From sequence record DRR723986_639: DNA of 59,172 nt; one strand, 5' to 3'. Of this stretch, positions 30,923 to 41,449 are shown piece by piece. The notes under the pieces were generated by a model. The model searched no databases. It saw only the letters and a list, made by a program, of their open reading frames with translations, and had not been told where the DNA came from. Position 1 is the first letter of the stretch; each line of letters begins with the position of its first letter. The position numbers and the translations under genes were made by a program.

Positions 30923-32293
30923 TTACTTCGATGCGGATGCGGCGCATTCAGCCAGAGCACCTTGAGCCGCCTCGATGGTTTCGTCAATTATTTCCGGCGT
31001 ATGCTTGGACGAAAAGAAGAGGGCTTCGAACTGGCTACAAGGCATGTAGATTCCTCGTCGAATCATCGCCCAGAAATAGCGGCCAAACATCTCGCGATCA
31101 GCTTTTTCTGCGTCTTCCCAGCTAGCCACAGGGCCATCGTGGAAGAACAACGTCATCATGCTTCCGACACGCTGGACGACGTGACCGATGCCAGCTTTCG
31201 TTGCAGCTTGGTCTAATCCGTCGGCCAAGCGTACAGCCTGTTGTTCAAGATACTCGTACGGAGATTCGTCACGAAGTAGCTTCAGCGTCGCGATTCCCGC
31301 CGCGGTGGCTAGCGGATTGCCAGAGAGCGTACCCGCCTGAAATACCTTGCCGGCTGGCAGGACTTGATCCATCAAATCGGCGCGGCCACCATAAACTCCA
31401 AGCGGCAGTCCGCCTCCAACGATCTTGCCCATCGTGGTCAAGTCAGGCTTAACACCATAAATCTCCTGGGCTCCACCGCGGGCGACGCGAAAGCCCGTCA
31501 TGACCTCATCAAAGATAAGTACGCTGCCGTGTTTGGTGCACAGCTCACGAACCGCTTGCAGGTAGCCATCATTGGGCGGCACGCAGCCCATGTTGCCAAC
31601 GACGGGTTCCAAGATCACGCAGGCAATTTCTTCACCGTTTGAATTGAATGCAGCCTCTAAACTGGCGGCATCGTTGTAGGGCAGCACTATTGTGTCGGCC
31701 GAACAGCCGGGCGTCACACCAGGAGAATCGGGAACCCCCAGGTTCGCAGCACTGCTTCCGGCACTTACCAGCAGGCTGTCGACGTGGCCATGATAGTTGC
31801 CCGCAAACTTGACGACTTTGGAACGTCCCGTCGCACCACGAGCCAACCGAATGGCGCTCATCGTGGCTTCGGTACCGCTGTTGACCAGTCGCATCTTTTC
31901 AACGCTAGGGACGGCTTCAGAAATCAACTCTGCCAACTGGGTTTCGCGTTCGGTGGGTGCCCCGTAGCTGGTTCCCTGTGCAGCCGCCTTTTGAATGGCT
32001 TCGATCACAGCCGGGTGGGCGTGCCCAAGAATCATTGGTCCCCAGGATCCGATGTAGTCGACCAGTTTGTTGCCGTCGATGTCGAACAAGTACGGACCTT
32101 GAGCTCGCTCGATAAACAGCGGCTCTCCTCCAACAGCACCGAACGCACGCGCGGGACTATTCACACCACCAGGCATGAATCGATTCGCTTGCGAAAACGC
32201 CTCAACTGATTTCTCTTGATTGAAACTCAACGCTGCCTCTTCTGGGTTGGACGGGTCACCGGACCAAACTGCTGGGCTGCTCGAGTCGCTCAC
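30923..32293 (-). CDS. hemL: Glutamate-1-semialdehyde 2,1-aminomutase
   Basis: PGGVNSPARAF, DYIGSWGP, NSGTEATMSAIR, YHGHVD, FDEVMTGFR, GKIVGGG, QAGTLSGNP. Confidence 0.96.
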   Translation of the reverse strand: MSDSSSPAVWSGDPSNPEEAALSFNQEKSVEAFSQANRFMPGGVNSPARAFGAVGGEPLFIERAQGPYLFDIDGNKLVDYIGSWGPMILGHAHPAVIEAIQKAAAQGTSYGAPTERETQLAELISEAVPSVEKMRLVNSGTEATMSAIRLARGATGRSKVVKFAGNYHGHVDSLLVSAGSSAANLGVPDSPGVTPGCSADTIVLPYNDAASLEAAFNSNGEEIACVILEPVVGNMGCVPPNDGYLQAVRELCTKHGSVLIFDEVMTGFRVARGGAQEIYGVKPDLTTMGKIVGGGLPLGVYGGRADLMDQVLPAGKVFQAGTLSGNPLATAAGIATLKLLRDESPYEYLEQQAVRLADGLDQAATKAGIGHVVQRVGSMMTLFFHDGPVASWEDAEKADREMFGRYFWAMIRRGIYMPCSQFEALFFSSKHTPEIIDETIEAAQGALAECAASASK

Positions 32294-34920
32294 TCGCCAG
32301 CCAGTACCTTGACTCCTAAATCATCCCCATTTGCTTGAAATCCGCCACCATCGATATCCAAAAAAATCGGGTTTGCGACCGCAACCGGCGGCAGCTTGCC
32401 CCGCTCAGGCCCCATGACCGGCCCTAATGTCCGGTCGCGACCAATGGTTGCCACAATGATGTGGGTGTCTTCGTCAAACTCAGGGAGATCAATATTGGCC
32501 TCAAACCGCAGGGTGACATTACTAAACAACTGCGGAGTCGTTTTGCGTGTGAACAGCATTTCTGGCAACGCTCGACCATTAGCAAAGATCTGGACAGTAT
32601 TGACATCGTACCAATTGGCGCACTGCACTCTCACGGTCAATGTTTTGGCGCTGTTCGGCGGAACATCGTCACCAGGGATGTAGAAATTCCCCTTCCCGTC
32701 GGTGATGTAGGCCTCGAGAAACGGAGCGGTCGTCATGACCAAATTTCCGCGCTCGGTGGACTGAATCATTTCGGCAACGGAAATCTCCGTCGGCAAATCG
32801 CTGCTGCTGCGGACGTAGTTCCGCAGCCAACCGGACCCGTGGAAATTGTAATGTGCGTCCGTGTTGACGACGCCTGGAATTCGATAACCAAGGTTGAGCA
32901 ACTGCATCCAGAAGAACATGCGATTGTCATTCTTGTCGCCGGGAGAAACGTTCTCTGCAGGCGTTTCGAAGATAAGCTGTGGCGGATGAACCTCGATCAC
33001 ATCCATCCACCCAAGCATGCCTCGGAATCCACCATCCGCCTCGCCATCCAAATCCTTGTCGCCGAGAATCTGTGGCAAGTTCGGGTGATTGGTTTGAACT
33101 ACTTTATCGCTCGCGTTATCCCACAAGGCGAGGCGCTCGATCTGCTTGACGGGATCGGTGTCGGTCAGCGGTCCTCCGCCATCCTGAGTGTGTGGGTGCC
33201 GGTGAATCGGAAACGCATTCTGGTGATTGATCGGCAACGGACTTCCGGTAAGCTCAATCCCGGTGCAAGTAGCCATTAGCTTGCTCGCGCCCAAGAGCTC
33301 AAGATCGTCCGCGTAGGAGTCGACTCGATTGTGTTCTGTGCAGGGCGCAAACTCCAGGTGCTCCGCCAACAGGTTTAGCACTCGTCCGGTTTGGTGCGAC
33401 ACGTTGTCACCCGACGGACTGGAGTGGCTGTGGTACTCAGTGCTGATCCAGCCTCGAGTATCGACGCAACGATCCAGCGTAATTTTTAGATCAGATATCT
33501 TTCCCTCAGCGATCGAAACCTCGCCGAAGACTGCGTCAAACTCGGGGCCATGGCTCACGATGACTTGGTAATTGCCTGGGTCGACTTCCTGCAGGAACTT
33601 CCCCGTGGCAGTGTAGATGGCATTCTTTACCGCGTAAATTGCCGAATCTGGGCCGAAATTGGGCGTCTCGGTAGCGTCCAAGGCCACAAGCTGAACCTTT
33701 GCGGGGATTGCCGCTCCTTCACCGTCACGAATGGAGACACGCAGTTGAGCCGGGGCTTCAAGCGTGATATTGTCCGACAGCTTGCGATCCGCGACGGTGA
33801 ACTCATGAGTCCTCACCGGGCGTCCGACGCTGGCGATTGTGGCCTGATAGTCCCCGGGCAGCAATTTGCAGTAAACTCGCCCCTTGGAGTCACTTTCCAC
33901 AGTGCCCAACGATCGCCTTTGGTTCCCCGCAGCACTCGCGCCCTTCGACGCTTCAACCTGTTCTGGCAAAGTCTCCGCCACTTGTGTGATAGAAACCCTC
34001 GCGTGCTCAACGCTACCGCGTGGACTCTGCAGCTTGAGCTGAACTGCGTAGCGCTCTGCCGCCCCGCCCTGCTCTGCTTTCTCACGCCTTCCTGCGTTCT
34101 CATCCTGTCCCGCCGAGAGTTGCTGAGCCAGAATCCAACTCATTGCGCCGGGCAGCCCTTGCGAACAATAGATTCTTCCGGCGTAGCTATTCGTTTCACC
34201 GGCTTTAATACGTGCTGCTGTTTTGGGTGCACGGATCGGGATGGTCCGTCCGCTCCCAGCAGCCAATGTTTCACCGTCCAGTGAGATTGCATAGGTCTGA
34301 CGGAAGTACTGGTCTTCCGCGATGAACGCAGACTTGTCTTCCGAAACTCGATTCTTGAAGAGACTCCCATCGCATCGTAAAGCACATTCGGCCCCCGTGG
34401 TCTGAGGCTTGTCGGTCAGATTCGAAACTTCGACTCGAAAGGAAAGTGCATCGTCCTGTTCTGCCAGCACGTAGGCAACTGCAGCGCCAGCGGATTTCCG
34501 GTCAATTGACTGCCCTTTGACCTTCAGCACAACGACCGAGCCCTTTCCTCGCAGTCCAGCCAGTGGCTTCCCGTCTACGCTGATTTCGACGTCTTGCCCT
34601 TCGAAAATGAAACCGCCACCGGCTGGGTAGAAACAGCTTAGTTGGTCGCTTTCGTTTCGCCGCTGAGTTAGATCAATGAGTGTTCCCGCAACACCGCGGG
34701 TCGTCATGTTCGCCTTTCGCCCCGGTGTGGTCTGAGCGATGACTGCGACGATCTGTCCATTTCTCAAGATCCAGTCGCCGATGATTGCATCAACTTCTTT
34801 GCCCTTCGGCACATTGCTCTCAAAGTTATCCTTCGTAAGTTGCAGCACCTCAACACCCAGCGCCCGTTCGCTCAGCAGCAATCCGAGTAGACAACAACTT
34901 AGACCTTTGGGAATCATCAC
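32290..34920 (-). CDS. CehA/McbA-like secreted metallohydrolase (C-terminal PHP-like domain)
   Basis: Signal peptide, GDWILRNG N-terminal module, carboxypeptidase-regulatory-like beta domains, and metal motifs HSHS, TEHN, NHP and NTDAH. 4-nt overlap with hemL. Confidence 0.75.
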   Translation of the reverse strand: MMIPKGLSCCLLGLLLSERALGVEVLQLTKDNFESNVPKGKEVDAIIGDWILRNGQIVAVIAQTTPGRKANMTTRGVAGTLIDLTQRRNESDQLSCFYPAGGGFIFEGQDVEISVDGKPLAGLRGKGSVVVLKVKGQSIDRKSAGAAVAYVLAEQDDALSFRVEVSNLTDKPQTTGAECALRCDGSLFKNRVSEDKSAFIAEDQYFRQTYAISLDGETLAAGSGRTIPIRAPKTAARIKAGETNSYAGRIYCSQGLPGAMSWILAQQLSAGQDENAGRREKAEQGGAAERYAVQLKLQSPRGSVEHARVSITQVAETLPEQVEASKGASAAGNQRRSLGTVESDSKGRVYCKLLPGDYQATIASVGRPVRTHEFTVADRKLSDNITLEAPAQLRVSIRDGEGAAIPAKVQLVALDATETPNFGPDSAIYAVKNAIYTATGKFLQEVDPGNYQVIVSHGPEFDAVFGEVSIAEGKISDLKITLDRCVDTRGWISTEYHSHSSPSGDNVSHQTGRVLNLLAEHLEFAPCTEHNRVDSYADDLELLGASKLMATCTGIELTGSPLPINHQNAFPIHRHPHTQDGGGPLTDTDPVKQIERLALWDNASDKVVQTNHPNLPQILGDKDLDGEADGGFRGMLGWMDVIEVHPPQLIFETPAENVSPGDKNDNRMFFWMQLLNLGYRIPGVVNTDAHYNFHGSGWLRNYVRSSSDLPTEISVAEMIQSTERGNLVMTTAPFLEAYITDGKGNFYIPGDDVPPNSAKTLTVRVQCANWYDVNTVQIFANGRALPEMLFTRKTTPQLFSNVTLRFEANIDLPEFDEDTHIIVATIGRDRTLGPVMGPERGKLPPVAVANPIFLDIDGGGFQANGDDLGVKVLAGE

Positions 34921-35163
34921 TAGTCCTTTACCTTGTCAGGCCAATTCGAAGTCGGAAATTCGAAGAGGCCAATTCGAGAACTTCTCAGATCTTGGCGTGC
35001 TTGGTTGGAAGAGCAGTAATATATCACTATCGAGGGCCACGGTAGGCTCTCGTGGCAAACTCGCTTTGCAATTGACCGAATCCAGCTTGCTGCTCTGGCC
35101 CGCGTCTGCGAGGTGGAGTTGATGAACGGTCACGGCGTTTCCGTTTTTGAATTTTGGTAAACA

Positions 35164-35907
35164 ATGCACATCTACCCAATACCAGGCTTCGAGGATCCGT
35201 TCAGTTCGCTGAGCCATCTAGTCGCTGCGCCGGTATTTCTGGTTTGGGGCATACTCATGATGCGGTGGTACGGCAGCAGCCCGGCCCGCTGGTTGAGCCT
35301 GCTAATCCTCACGTTGACGACGGTGTTTCTATTGTCGATGAGTGGCGTATATCACCTGCTGGGGCACGGCGCTGCGAGGGCTGTCTTGAAGATACTGGAC
35401 ATCGCAGGAGTCTTCGCATTGATCGCTGGAACGGCAACGCCGATTCATGCGGTTGTTTTCAAGGGCGTCTGGCGATGGGCTCCTTTGTGGACGATCTGGA
35501 TCGTTGCCATTGCTGGAATCACGCTGCGTTCCATTTTTTCCCAAAGCCTGCCGTTGGCCGCCGGTACAGCAATTTTCCTGATTATGGGCTGGGGCGGCCT
35601 GCTGACTACTTGGCTTGTTTGGCGCGAGTTCGGCTTTCGATTCGCTCGCCCGTTACTGGAGGGTGGCGTCGCTTATTCGCTTGGGGCGGCCGTGATCATC
35701 AGCCACTGGCCGACTCTAGTCCCAGGCATTGTCGGCCCACATGAACTTTGGCACGTCGCTGTACTTGCTGGCCTGACCTTGCATTGGCTTTTCATCCAAC
35801 AATGCATGAAGCAAATGGCTCCTTCCACGGCCGGCCCTGGAAAACCTTTGCCAGCAATCGAAGTTGAGTCCATCTTTGAGGCACCTTCTGGCGACGGCTT
35901 GCGTTAA
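35164..35907 (+). CDS. Hemolysin III/PAQR family membrane protein
   Basis: SSLSH, SGVYH, LD...IAGTATP and HELWH motifs; about 7 TMs. Confidence 0.9.
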   Translation: MHIYPIPGFEDPFSSLSHLVAAPVFLVWGILMMRWYGSSPARWLSLLILTLTTVFLLSMSGVYHLLGHGAARAVLKILDIAGVFALIAGTATPIHAVVFKGVWRWAPLWTIWIVAIAGITLRSIFSQSLPLAAGTAIFLIMGWGGLLTTWLVWREFGFRFARPLLEGGVAYSLGAAVIISHWPTLVPGIVGPHELWHVAVLAGLTLHWLFIQQCMKQMAPSTAGPGKPLPAIEVESIFEAPSGDGLR

Positions 35908-35979
35908 TCGTGAGACAGGAGAAAATCTTCTGCTCGCAACTCGCCCATCCGCTTCAAGCCAGCCATTGGTTCAAACTGC

Positions 35980-37272
35980 ATGTCAACTTCATCAAATTGC
36001 CACCCGCCGATTGCCTGGAGTAGCCGAGCTACACGCAGTGAAAACCAGCCGATCGGGAAGCTGATGGCTGAGGCGCTCAAGCACCCTCATTTGATCTCGC
36101 TGGCCGCAGGCTTTGTTGACAACGCGACATTGCCCGTCTCCGAGACGCAGGCCGCAATGAATCAGCTTGCAGAAGACCCAGCGCTGCTTCGCAAAGCACT
36201 ACAGTACGATTCCTCAGCAGGGAATGCCGAACTTCGCCAGGAGATCATTCGATTCTCTTACCGCGAATTCGATAGCTTCATCCCTGACGCTGACCGCGTC
36301 GTGCTTACGGCCGGTAGCAACCAATTGTTACACTTACTGGCCGACTGCACACTTGAGGAAGGCGACATTGTACTGGCCGCGGCCCCGACCTACTTTGTGT
36401 TCATGGGGACTCTCAAGTCGATGGGAGTTCGAGTCATCGGGGTTCCTGCGGATGAAGATGGAATACAGATTGACCAGCTCGCCCAACAACTCAGCGACCT
36501 AGCCGACGATGGTCTAGCCGATCGCGTGAAGGCGATTTACACGGTGACGGATTTTGATAATCCGGCCGGAAGCACGCTGTCGTTGGATCGTCGATACGAG
36601 TTGTTAGATCTGGTTCGTCAGTGGCGAGATGAACACAGCCCACTGTTGGTTTGGTCTGACAACGCGTACAGTGAACTGCGATTTGAGGGTGAAGGGCTCC
36701 CACCACTTCTGACTCTCGCCGACGACGCCCGAGAGTTCACCATTGAAGCGGGGACATTCTCTAAGTCCTTCTCACCAGGAATTCGAGTCGGCTGGGGTGT
36801 CCTTCCTGAACAGATGGTCCCGTCTGTGCTCGCGATGAAATCAGGCATCGACTTTGGCTCCCCGCACTTCAGTCAAGTCCTCATGACTTCGGTATTGAAG
36901 TCTGGCGCGTTGCTGCAGCACTTGCCCGTCATCCGCGAAGCCTACCGAAAGAAGCGCGACGCAACCCTTGCCGCCCTTTCCAAAGAACTGGGCGATGTTG
37001 ACGGGGTTAGTTGGAGAACGCCTAAAGGCGGCCTTTACGTTTGGTTACAACTTCCTGAGGGCCTCGATTCTTCGGAAACTGGCCCTCTATGGAAGGCCGC
37101 CACGGAGGCAGGCGTGTTGTACGTCCCCGGCCATCACTGCCATGCATCTGAGGGATGCAGCTCTGGAGAGAACACCATTCGCTTGTCTTATGGCGTTCTC
37201 GATCAAGAGGGGTTGGCCGAAGGCGTCAGTCGCCTGGCCCAAGCTATCAAGTCATGTCTCGCGAAGGGCTAA
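35980..37272 (+). CDS. PLP-dependent aminotransferase, class I/II (2-aminoadipate transaminase/LysN-like)
   Basis: ISLAAG, ALQY, NPAGSTL, DNAYSEL, GTFSKSFSPGIRVGW (PLP lysine), GGLYVW, IRLSY. Confidence 0.88.
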   Translation: MSTSSNCHPPIAWSSRATRSENQPIGKLMAEALKHPHLISLAAGFVDNATLPVSETQAAMNQLAEDPALLRKALQYDSSAGNAELRQEIIRFSYREFDSFIPDADRVVLTAGSNQLLHLLADCTLEEGDIVLAAAPTYFVFMGTLKSMGVRVIGVPADEDGIQIDQLAQQLSDLADDGLADRVKAIYTVTDFDNPAGSTLSLDRRYELLDLVRQWRDEHSPLLVWSDNAYSELRFEGEGLPPLLTLADDAREFTIEAGTFSKSFSPGIRVGWGVLPEQMVPSVLAMKSGIDFGSPHFSQVLMTSVLKSGALLQHLPVIREAYRKKRDATLAALSKELGDVDGVSWRTPKGGLYVWLQLPEGLDSSETGPLWKAATEAGVLYVPGHHCHASEGCSSGENTIRLSYGVLDQEGLAEGVSRLAQAIKSCLAKG

Positions 37273-37518
37273 ACCGGTTGGTTGCGTTTCCGGGCTAGGC
37301 AGAAGGTTGATGGGCAAACAATTTTGTCCCATCCAGGCACTTGATTTGCTACTATCGCAATCCCGCGTTCAATCGGCAACAATTAGCAAACTCGACGTAC
37401 GATCTCGCCGGTCGCCAGGCGGGACAAGGCGTTTGCCTGGCAAAGTTGACGAGTCTTGAACAACCGTGGGCGAAGCGACGAGTTTTCCCAACCAAAACGG
37501 CCACTTACGGGATGCCCG

Positions 37519-38277
37519 ATGGAACTTCACTGCTTTGGAACAACCGGGTACCATCCCAGCCCGACTCGTCATACGGCTTGCTACTATCTGCCAGACCAAG
37601 CGATTTTGCTCGACGCCGGTACGGCCACCTTCCGCCTCATCGAACAATTGCGCGATCAGCCTCGCGACACGATCGATATCTTTTTGACACACGCTCATCT
37701 GGATCACATCGTTGGTCTGACGTTCTTGCTTGACGCCGTTGCCGTGACAGACTTGTCGAAGATCCGATTGCATGGGGAAGCCGCAAAGCTCCAGGCCGTC
37801 GAAAACCACCTTTACGCCGAATTGTTATTTCCGGTTCCGCACAACTTCGAACTGTGCCCGCTGGATTCCAACCGGGGAAGTCGTCAAGTTGGCGATACAA
37901 CCGTAACATGGTTTCCGCTTGAACACCCAGGTGAAAGCCTAGGTTATATCATCGAGTCTCAAGGGCGCAAGCTGGCCTACATAACGGACACGATTGCCAG
38001 ACCTGAAGCAGACTACCTTCAGCAGATCGGCAAATGCGATCTGCTTCTACATGAGTGCTATTTTGGCGATGCTCACCAAGAATTGGCGTTGAAGACAGGG
38101 CACAGTTGGTTCAGTGCGGTAGTGGACGTGGTTCGTGAATGCCGGCCAAAGCAAACAATTCTCATCCACATCAACCCGCTCGCTGAAATCCTAGGACAAG
38201 AACTTAAGATCCCCGAACCGCTCTCTTCGGAACTTAACATGAGCATCGCCGTCGATTCGCAGATTGTTCAGTTCTAG
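37519..38277 (+). CDS. MBL-fold metallo-hydrolase (RNase BN/Z-like)
   Basis: GTTGYHP, LLDAGT, THAHLDH, EHPG, YITDT, LLLHEC, GHS. ATG at 37519. Confidence 0.85.
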   Translation: MELHCFGTTGYHPSPTRHTACYYLPDQAILLDAGTATFRLIEQLRDQPRDTIDIFLTHAHLDHIVGLTFLLDAVAVTDLSKIRLHGEAAKLQAVENHLYAELLFPVPHNFELCPLDSNRGSRQVGDTTVTWFPLEHPGESLGYIIESQGRKLAYITDTIARPEADYLQQIGKCDLLLHECYFGDAHQELALKTGHSWFSAVVDVVRECRPKQTILIHINPLAEILGQELKIPEPLSSELNMSIAVDSQIVQF

Positions 38278-38319
38278 CGTTTGTTCTCACCGAAACACTC
38301 CAACGGAAAAGAAATAGAA

Positions 38320-38511
38320 ATGTTGTCATTAAGAAGAACACTGTTGGGTTTGTCGATTGTGATCCTTTGCGGTGGGTGCAACATGAACGAAAGCAAAGAG
38401 GCTAGAATCCAGAAACTGGAATCACTGAATGCACAAAACTTGGATACCATCGCTGAACTTGAAGCCCGGATTGCGGCGCTAGAATCGCAGACTCAACTCA
38501 ACGATAAATAG
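38320..38511 (+). CDS. Small putative lipoprotein with coiled coil
   Basis: Lipobox-like LCGGC after a hydrophobic stretch, followed by heptad-like ARIQKLE...ARIAALE. Confidence 0.65.
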   Translation: MLSLRRTLLGLSIVILCGGCNMNESKEARIQKLESLNAQNLDTIAELEARIAALESQTQLNDK

Positions 38512-38656
38512 CGCTCCAAGCCGCACGTAACCGCCAGGTCAACACCTTGTTCAGAACGTTCTGGTAGCATGTAAGAGGTCAGGTTCAAGAGTTGCAGGCG
38601 GACCAAGTTTCCCGCATCTCTGAAGACTTGTCCTGTTCAATAGCCGGTACAGTGCA

Positions 38657-39175
38657 ATGAATGCCCGAGCGCAGCCGAGCGATCCAAAGTCAGCCTCAAG
38701 TTATGGTCAGGAGCAGCAGCCTGATGCATTCGTTTGGTCATTGGCGATTGGCATGGTAGTGACCTGCGGAGTTGCGGGAGGAGGCCTTGCGATTGTCGTC
38801 GCTCTTTGCATTGACTTGTTCTTCATTGACTCGATGCAACTTGCTGCTCCAAGACTTTCCAGTGGACAGCAATTCGGAATGATCACCATTCCTCTATGCG
38901 CAACGATCGGTGGGGGCATGGGCCTTGCGTTGGCAATCGCACGATTGAGTTATCGCGTTCGCGGCGCGATTATTCTGATTGCAGTAGGGACCGCTGGCTG
39001 CGTATTGAACATATCACTGTGGCAAGAACAAGTGAAGCGTTACGGTACGGACACCTCTGAGATGGTGTTGTATTATCCGCCGTTGATGATGTGTATACTG
39101 TCGGTTGCTATTGCATTTCCCATGCTACTGATTGGTGTAGTGCAAAGTCTCAGGGCGAATGCAGAACGAAATTAG
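38657..39175 (+). CDS. Hypothetical membrane protein (about 4 TM)
   Basis: 172-aa ORF with four hydrophobic segments. Confidence 0.65.
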   Translation: MNARAQPSDPKSASSYGQEQQPDAFVWSLAIGMVVTCGVAGGGLAIVVALCIDLFFIDSMQLAAPRLSSGQQFGMITIPLCATIGGGMGLALAIARLSYRVRGAIILIAVGTAGCVLNISLWQEQVKRYGTDTSEMVLYYPPLMMCILSVAIAFPMLLIGVVQSLRANAERN

Positions 39176-39268
39176 TAGTTTGAGCATTTAGTGTCGTTTG
39201 TTCAAATGACAGTTTGCTATCTGAAGTAGCGTTTGATGTCAGAAGTTGTCGTAAAGGGGCGCAAGAAG

Positions 39269-40546
39269 ATGAGTAATCGACGACAGTTTCATCGTGCAAT
39301 TGCGGCGGGTGCGATCGCTGCAACGGCACCGCGGATTGCTACCGCGGCGATTCCGTCCGCGAACGATGCGATTAACCTGGGCGTGATCGGTATTGGCCCA
39401 AGGTGCACGTACGACCTAACAGCCATGCTGAAAGAGCAGGATGTTCGCTGTGTGGCTATCGCCGATGTGCAGAAAAGTCGCCGCGATGCTGGTAAGCAGC
39501 TTGTGGATTCGCATTACAACAATCAGGACTGCAAACTGTATGGCGATTTTCGTGAACTGCTAGCCCGTGACGATATCGACGCTGTACTGATCGCAACCGG
39601 AGATCGCTGGCACGCGGCTGCGTCAATCGCTGCCGCTGAAGCTGGCAAACATGTGTACAGCGAAAAACCGTGCGGAATTACCATTGCCGACTGTCAGCGA
39701 TTGAGCAAGACAATGGATGAACACGAGCGAGTGTTCCAGGCCGGCACGCAGCGCCGAAGTGTGCCGAATTTCCGTCAAGCCGTTGAGCTTGCACACTCAG
39801 GGGCACTTGGTGAGCTGCGTGAACTACGCGCCTCGGTGTACATGCCGACTTTGGATAACACCTGGTTGCCTGCTCAAGTCCCTCCACCAAAAGACGTCTG
39901 CGACTGGAATATGTGGCTCGGCCCAGCGGCTTGGCGACCTTACAACCAAGGCTATGTCAAAGGCCGGTGGCGAGGACAATGGGACTTTGACTCCGGTGCA
40001 CGACTGCTCGACTGGGGCGCCCACACAGTCGACTTATGCCAATGGGCTGCCAACTGCGACGATACGATGCCCGTTGAATATGAACCTGTCGACGGCGGCA
40101 TTCACTGCACGTACGACAGCGGTCTGAAGATCATCATTGATTTTCTAGCGGAACCGTTCGGAGATCGCTCGCCGCACTACATCACTCGACTTGGCACTTG
40201 TCCTGTTCGATTTGTTGGCGAAGAGGGTTGGGTGGAGACCGGCGATTCAGGCGAGATCGTTGTTTCTGAGAAACTGAAGGCTTCAGCTCCCAAATCCGAG
40301 AAGCGAGTCCGGGGCTTGGATGTTTCCGCTCACGGTAGAAATTTCTTTGATTGCATTCGCTCCGGCAAAAAGACCAATGCGAACCAGGACGTCATGCGGC
40401 GGTCCCATATCGCTTGTCATGCTGCGGCAATCAGTTGGATCCTCGGGCGGAAGGTACGCATCGACCCAAAGACGGAGCAGTTTGTGGACGATACGGACGC
40501 AACGCTCTTGCGTGACCGCCCAGCACGCAATTGGGCCGCGGGGTAG
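39269..40546 (+). CDS. Gfo/Idh/MocA family oxidoreductase with Tat signal
   Basis: SNRRQF twin-arginine leader, GVIGIG, DIDAVLIATGDRWH, GKHVYSEKP, QAGTQRRS, DWGAH. Confidence 0.9.
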   Translation: MSNRRQFHRAIAAGAIAATAPRIATAAIPSANDAINLGVIGIGPRCTYDLTAMLKEQDVRCVAIADVQKSRRDAGKQLVDSHYNNQDCKLYGDFRELLARDDIDAVLIATGDRWHAAASIAAAEAGKHVYSEKPCGITIADCQRLSKTMDEHERVFQAGTQRRSVPNFRQAVELAHSGALGELRELRASVYMPTLDNTWLPAQVPPPKDVCDWNMWLGPAAWRPYNQGYVKGRWRGQWDFDSGARLLDWGAHTVDLCQWAANCDDTMPVEYEPVDGGIHCTYDSGLKIIIDFLAEPFGDRSPHYITRLGTCPVRFVGEEGWVETGDSGEIVVSEKLKASAPKSEKRVRGLDVSAHGRNFFDCIRSGKKTNANQDVMRRSHIACHAAAISWILGRKVRIDPKTEQFVDDTDATLLRDRPARNWAAG

Positions 40547-40695
40547 TAAACCGCAATGTGGTCGCGATCCAAGGACACTCTGGACGTTGCGATACAGGGC
40601 ATCGCGACACCTGCGCCGTTGTCGGTGAAACGATGTATAGATAAACTGTCGCATTCTGGCAAAGAGATTCACGAAATCCGGAGCGAATTGAGCTA

Positions 40696-41418
40696 ATGGG
40701 TCGCAGTTTTGAAGTTCGCAAGGCGTCGATGGCCAAGACGGCCGGTCAAAAATCCAAGCTTTACTCGCGGTATGGAAAGCAGCTTTATGTGCTTGCTAAA
40801 AACAGTGGAGCGGACCCGGTAGCCAATCCATCACTACAGAGCCTGATCGATCGTGCTAAAAAAGAGCAGGTGCCAGCACACGTTATTGAAAAGGCTCTCG
40901 AGAAAGCCAGCGGCGCTGGTGGTGAGGACTACGTTCCGGCACGTTATGAGGGCTTTGGACCAGGCGGCTGTGCCGTGATTATTGACTGCCTTACTGACAA
41001 CAATAATCGCACAATCACCGATGTTCGGAATTGCTTCACGAAGACCGGATCCAAGATGGGCGCTCAAGGCGCCGTGGCGCACTCATTTGACCACCTGGCC
41101 GTACTACGGTTCAGCGGCGATGACGGCGACGCAATCCTTGAAATCCTGTTGGGGGCTGACGTCGACGTTACTGACGTTGAATGCGAAGACGGAAAGATCA
41201 CCGTTTTCGCACCTGCAGCAGAATTCAACAACACGCGCCAGGCGCTCTTGGCCGCTTTGCCGGAAACCGAATTCGACGTTGAAGAGATCTCGTTTATCCC
41301 CCAAACGCGAACTGAGATCCCAGCCGACGAAGTACCCAACTTTGAAAAATTCATGAACATGCTCAACGACTGTGATGATGTCCAGGACATCTACCACAAC
41401 GCGACTTTGCCGAGCTAG
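40696..41418 (+). CDS. yebC: YebC/PmpR family protein
   Basis: [33 protein letters not shown]. Confidence 0.93.
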   Translation: MGRSFEVRKASMAKTAGQKSKLYSRYGKQLYVLAKNSGADPVANPSLQSLIDRAKKEQVPAHVIEKALEKASGAGGEDYVPARYEGFGPGGCAVIIDCLTDNNNRTITDVRNCFTKTGSKMGAQGAVAHSFDHLAVLRFSGDDGDAILEILLGADVDVTDVECEDGKITVFAPAAEFNNTRQALLAALPETEFDVEEISFIPQTRTEIPADEVPNFEKFMNMLNDCDDVQDIYHNATLPS

Positions 41419-41449
41419 TCAACTGGGACTTTCTGGACTCCTCGTTTCT

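Noticed and set aside
32461-34284. 272-aa and 244-aa + strand ORFs
   Set aside because: Antisense shadows of the metallohydrolase gene.
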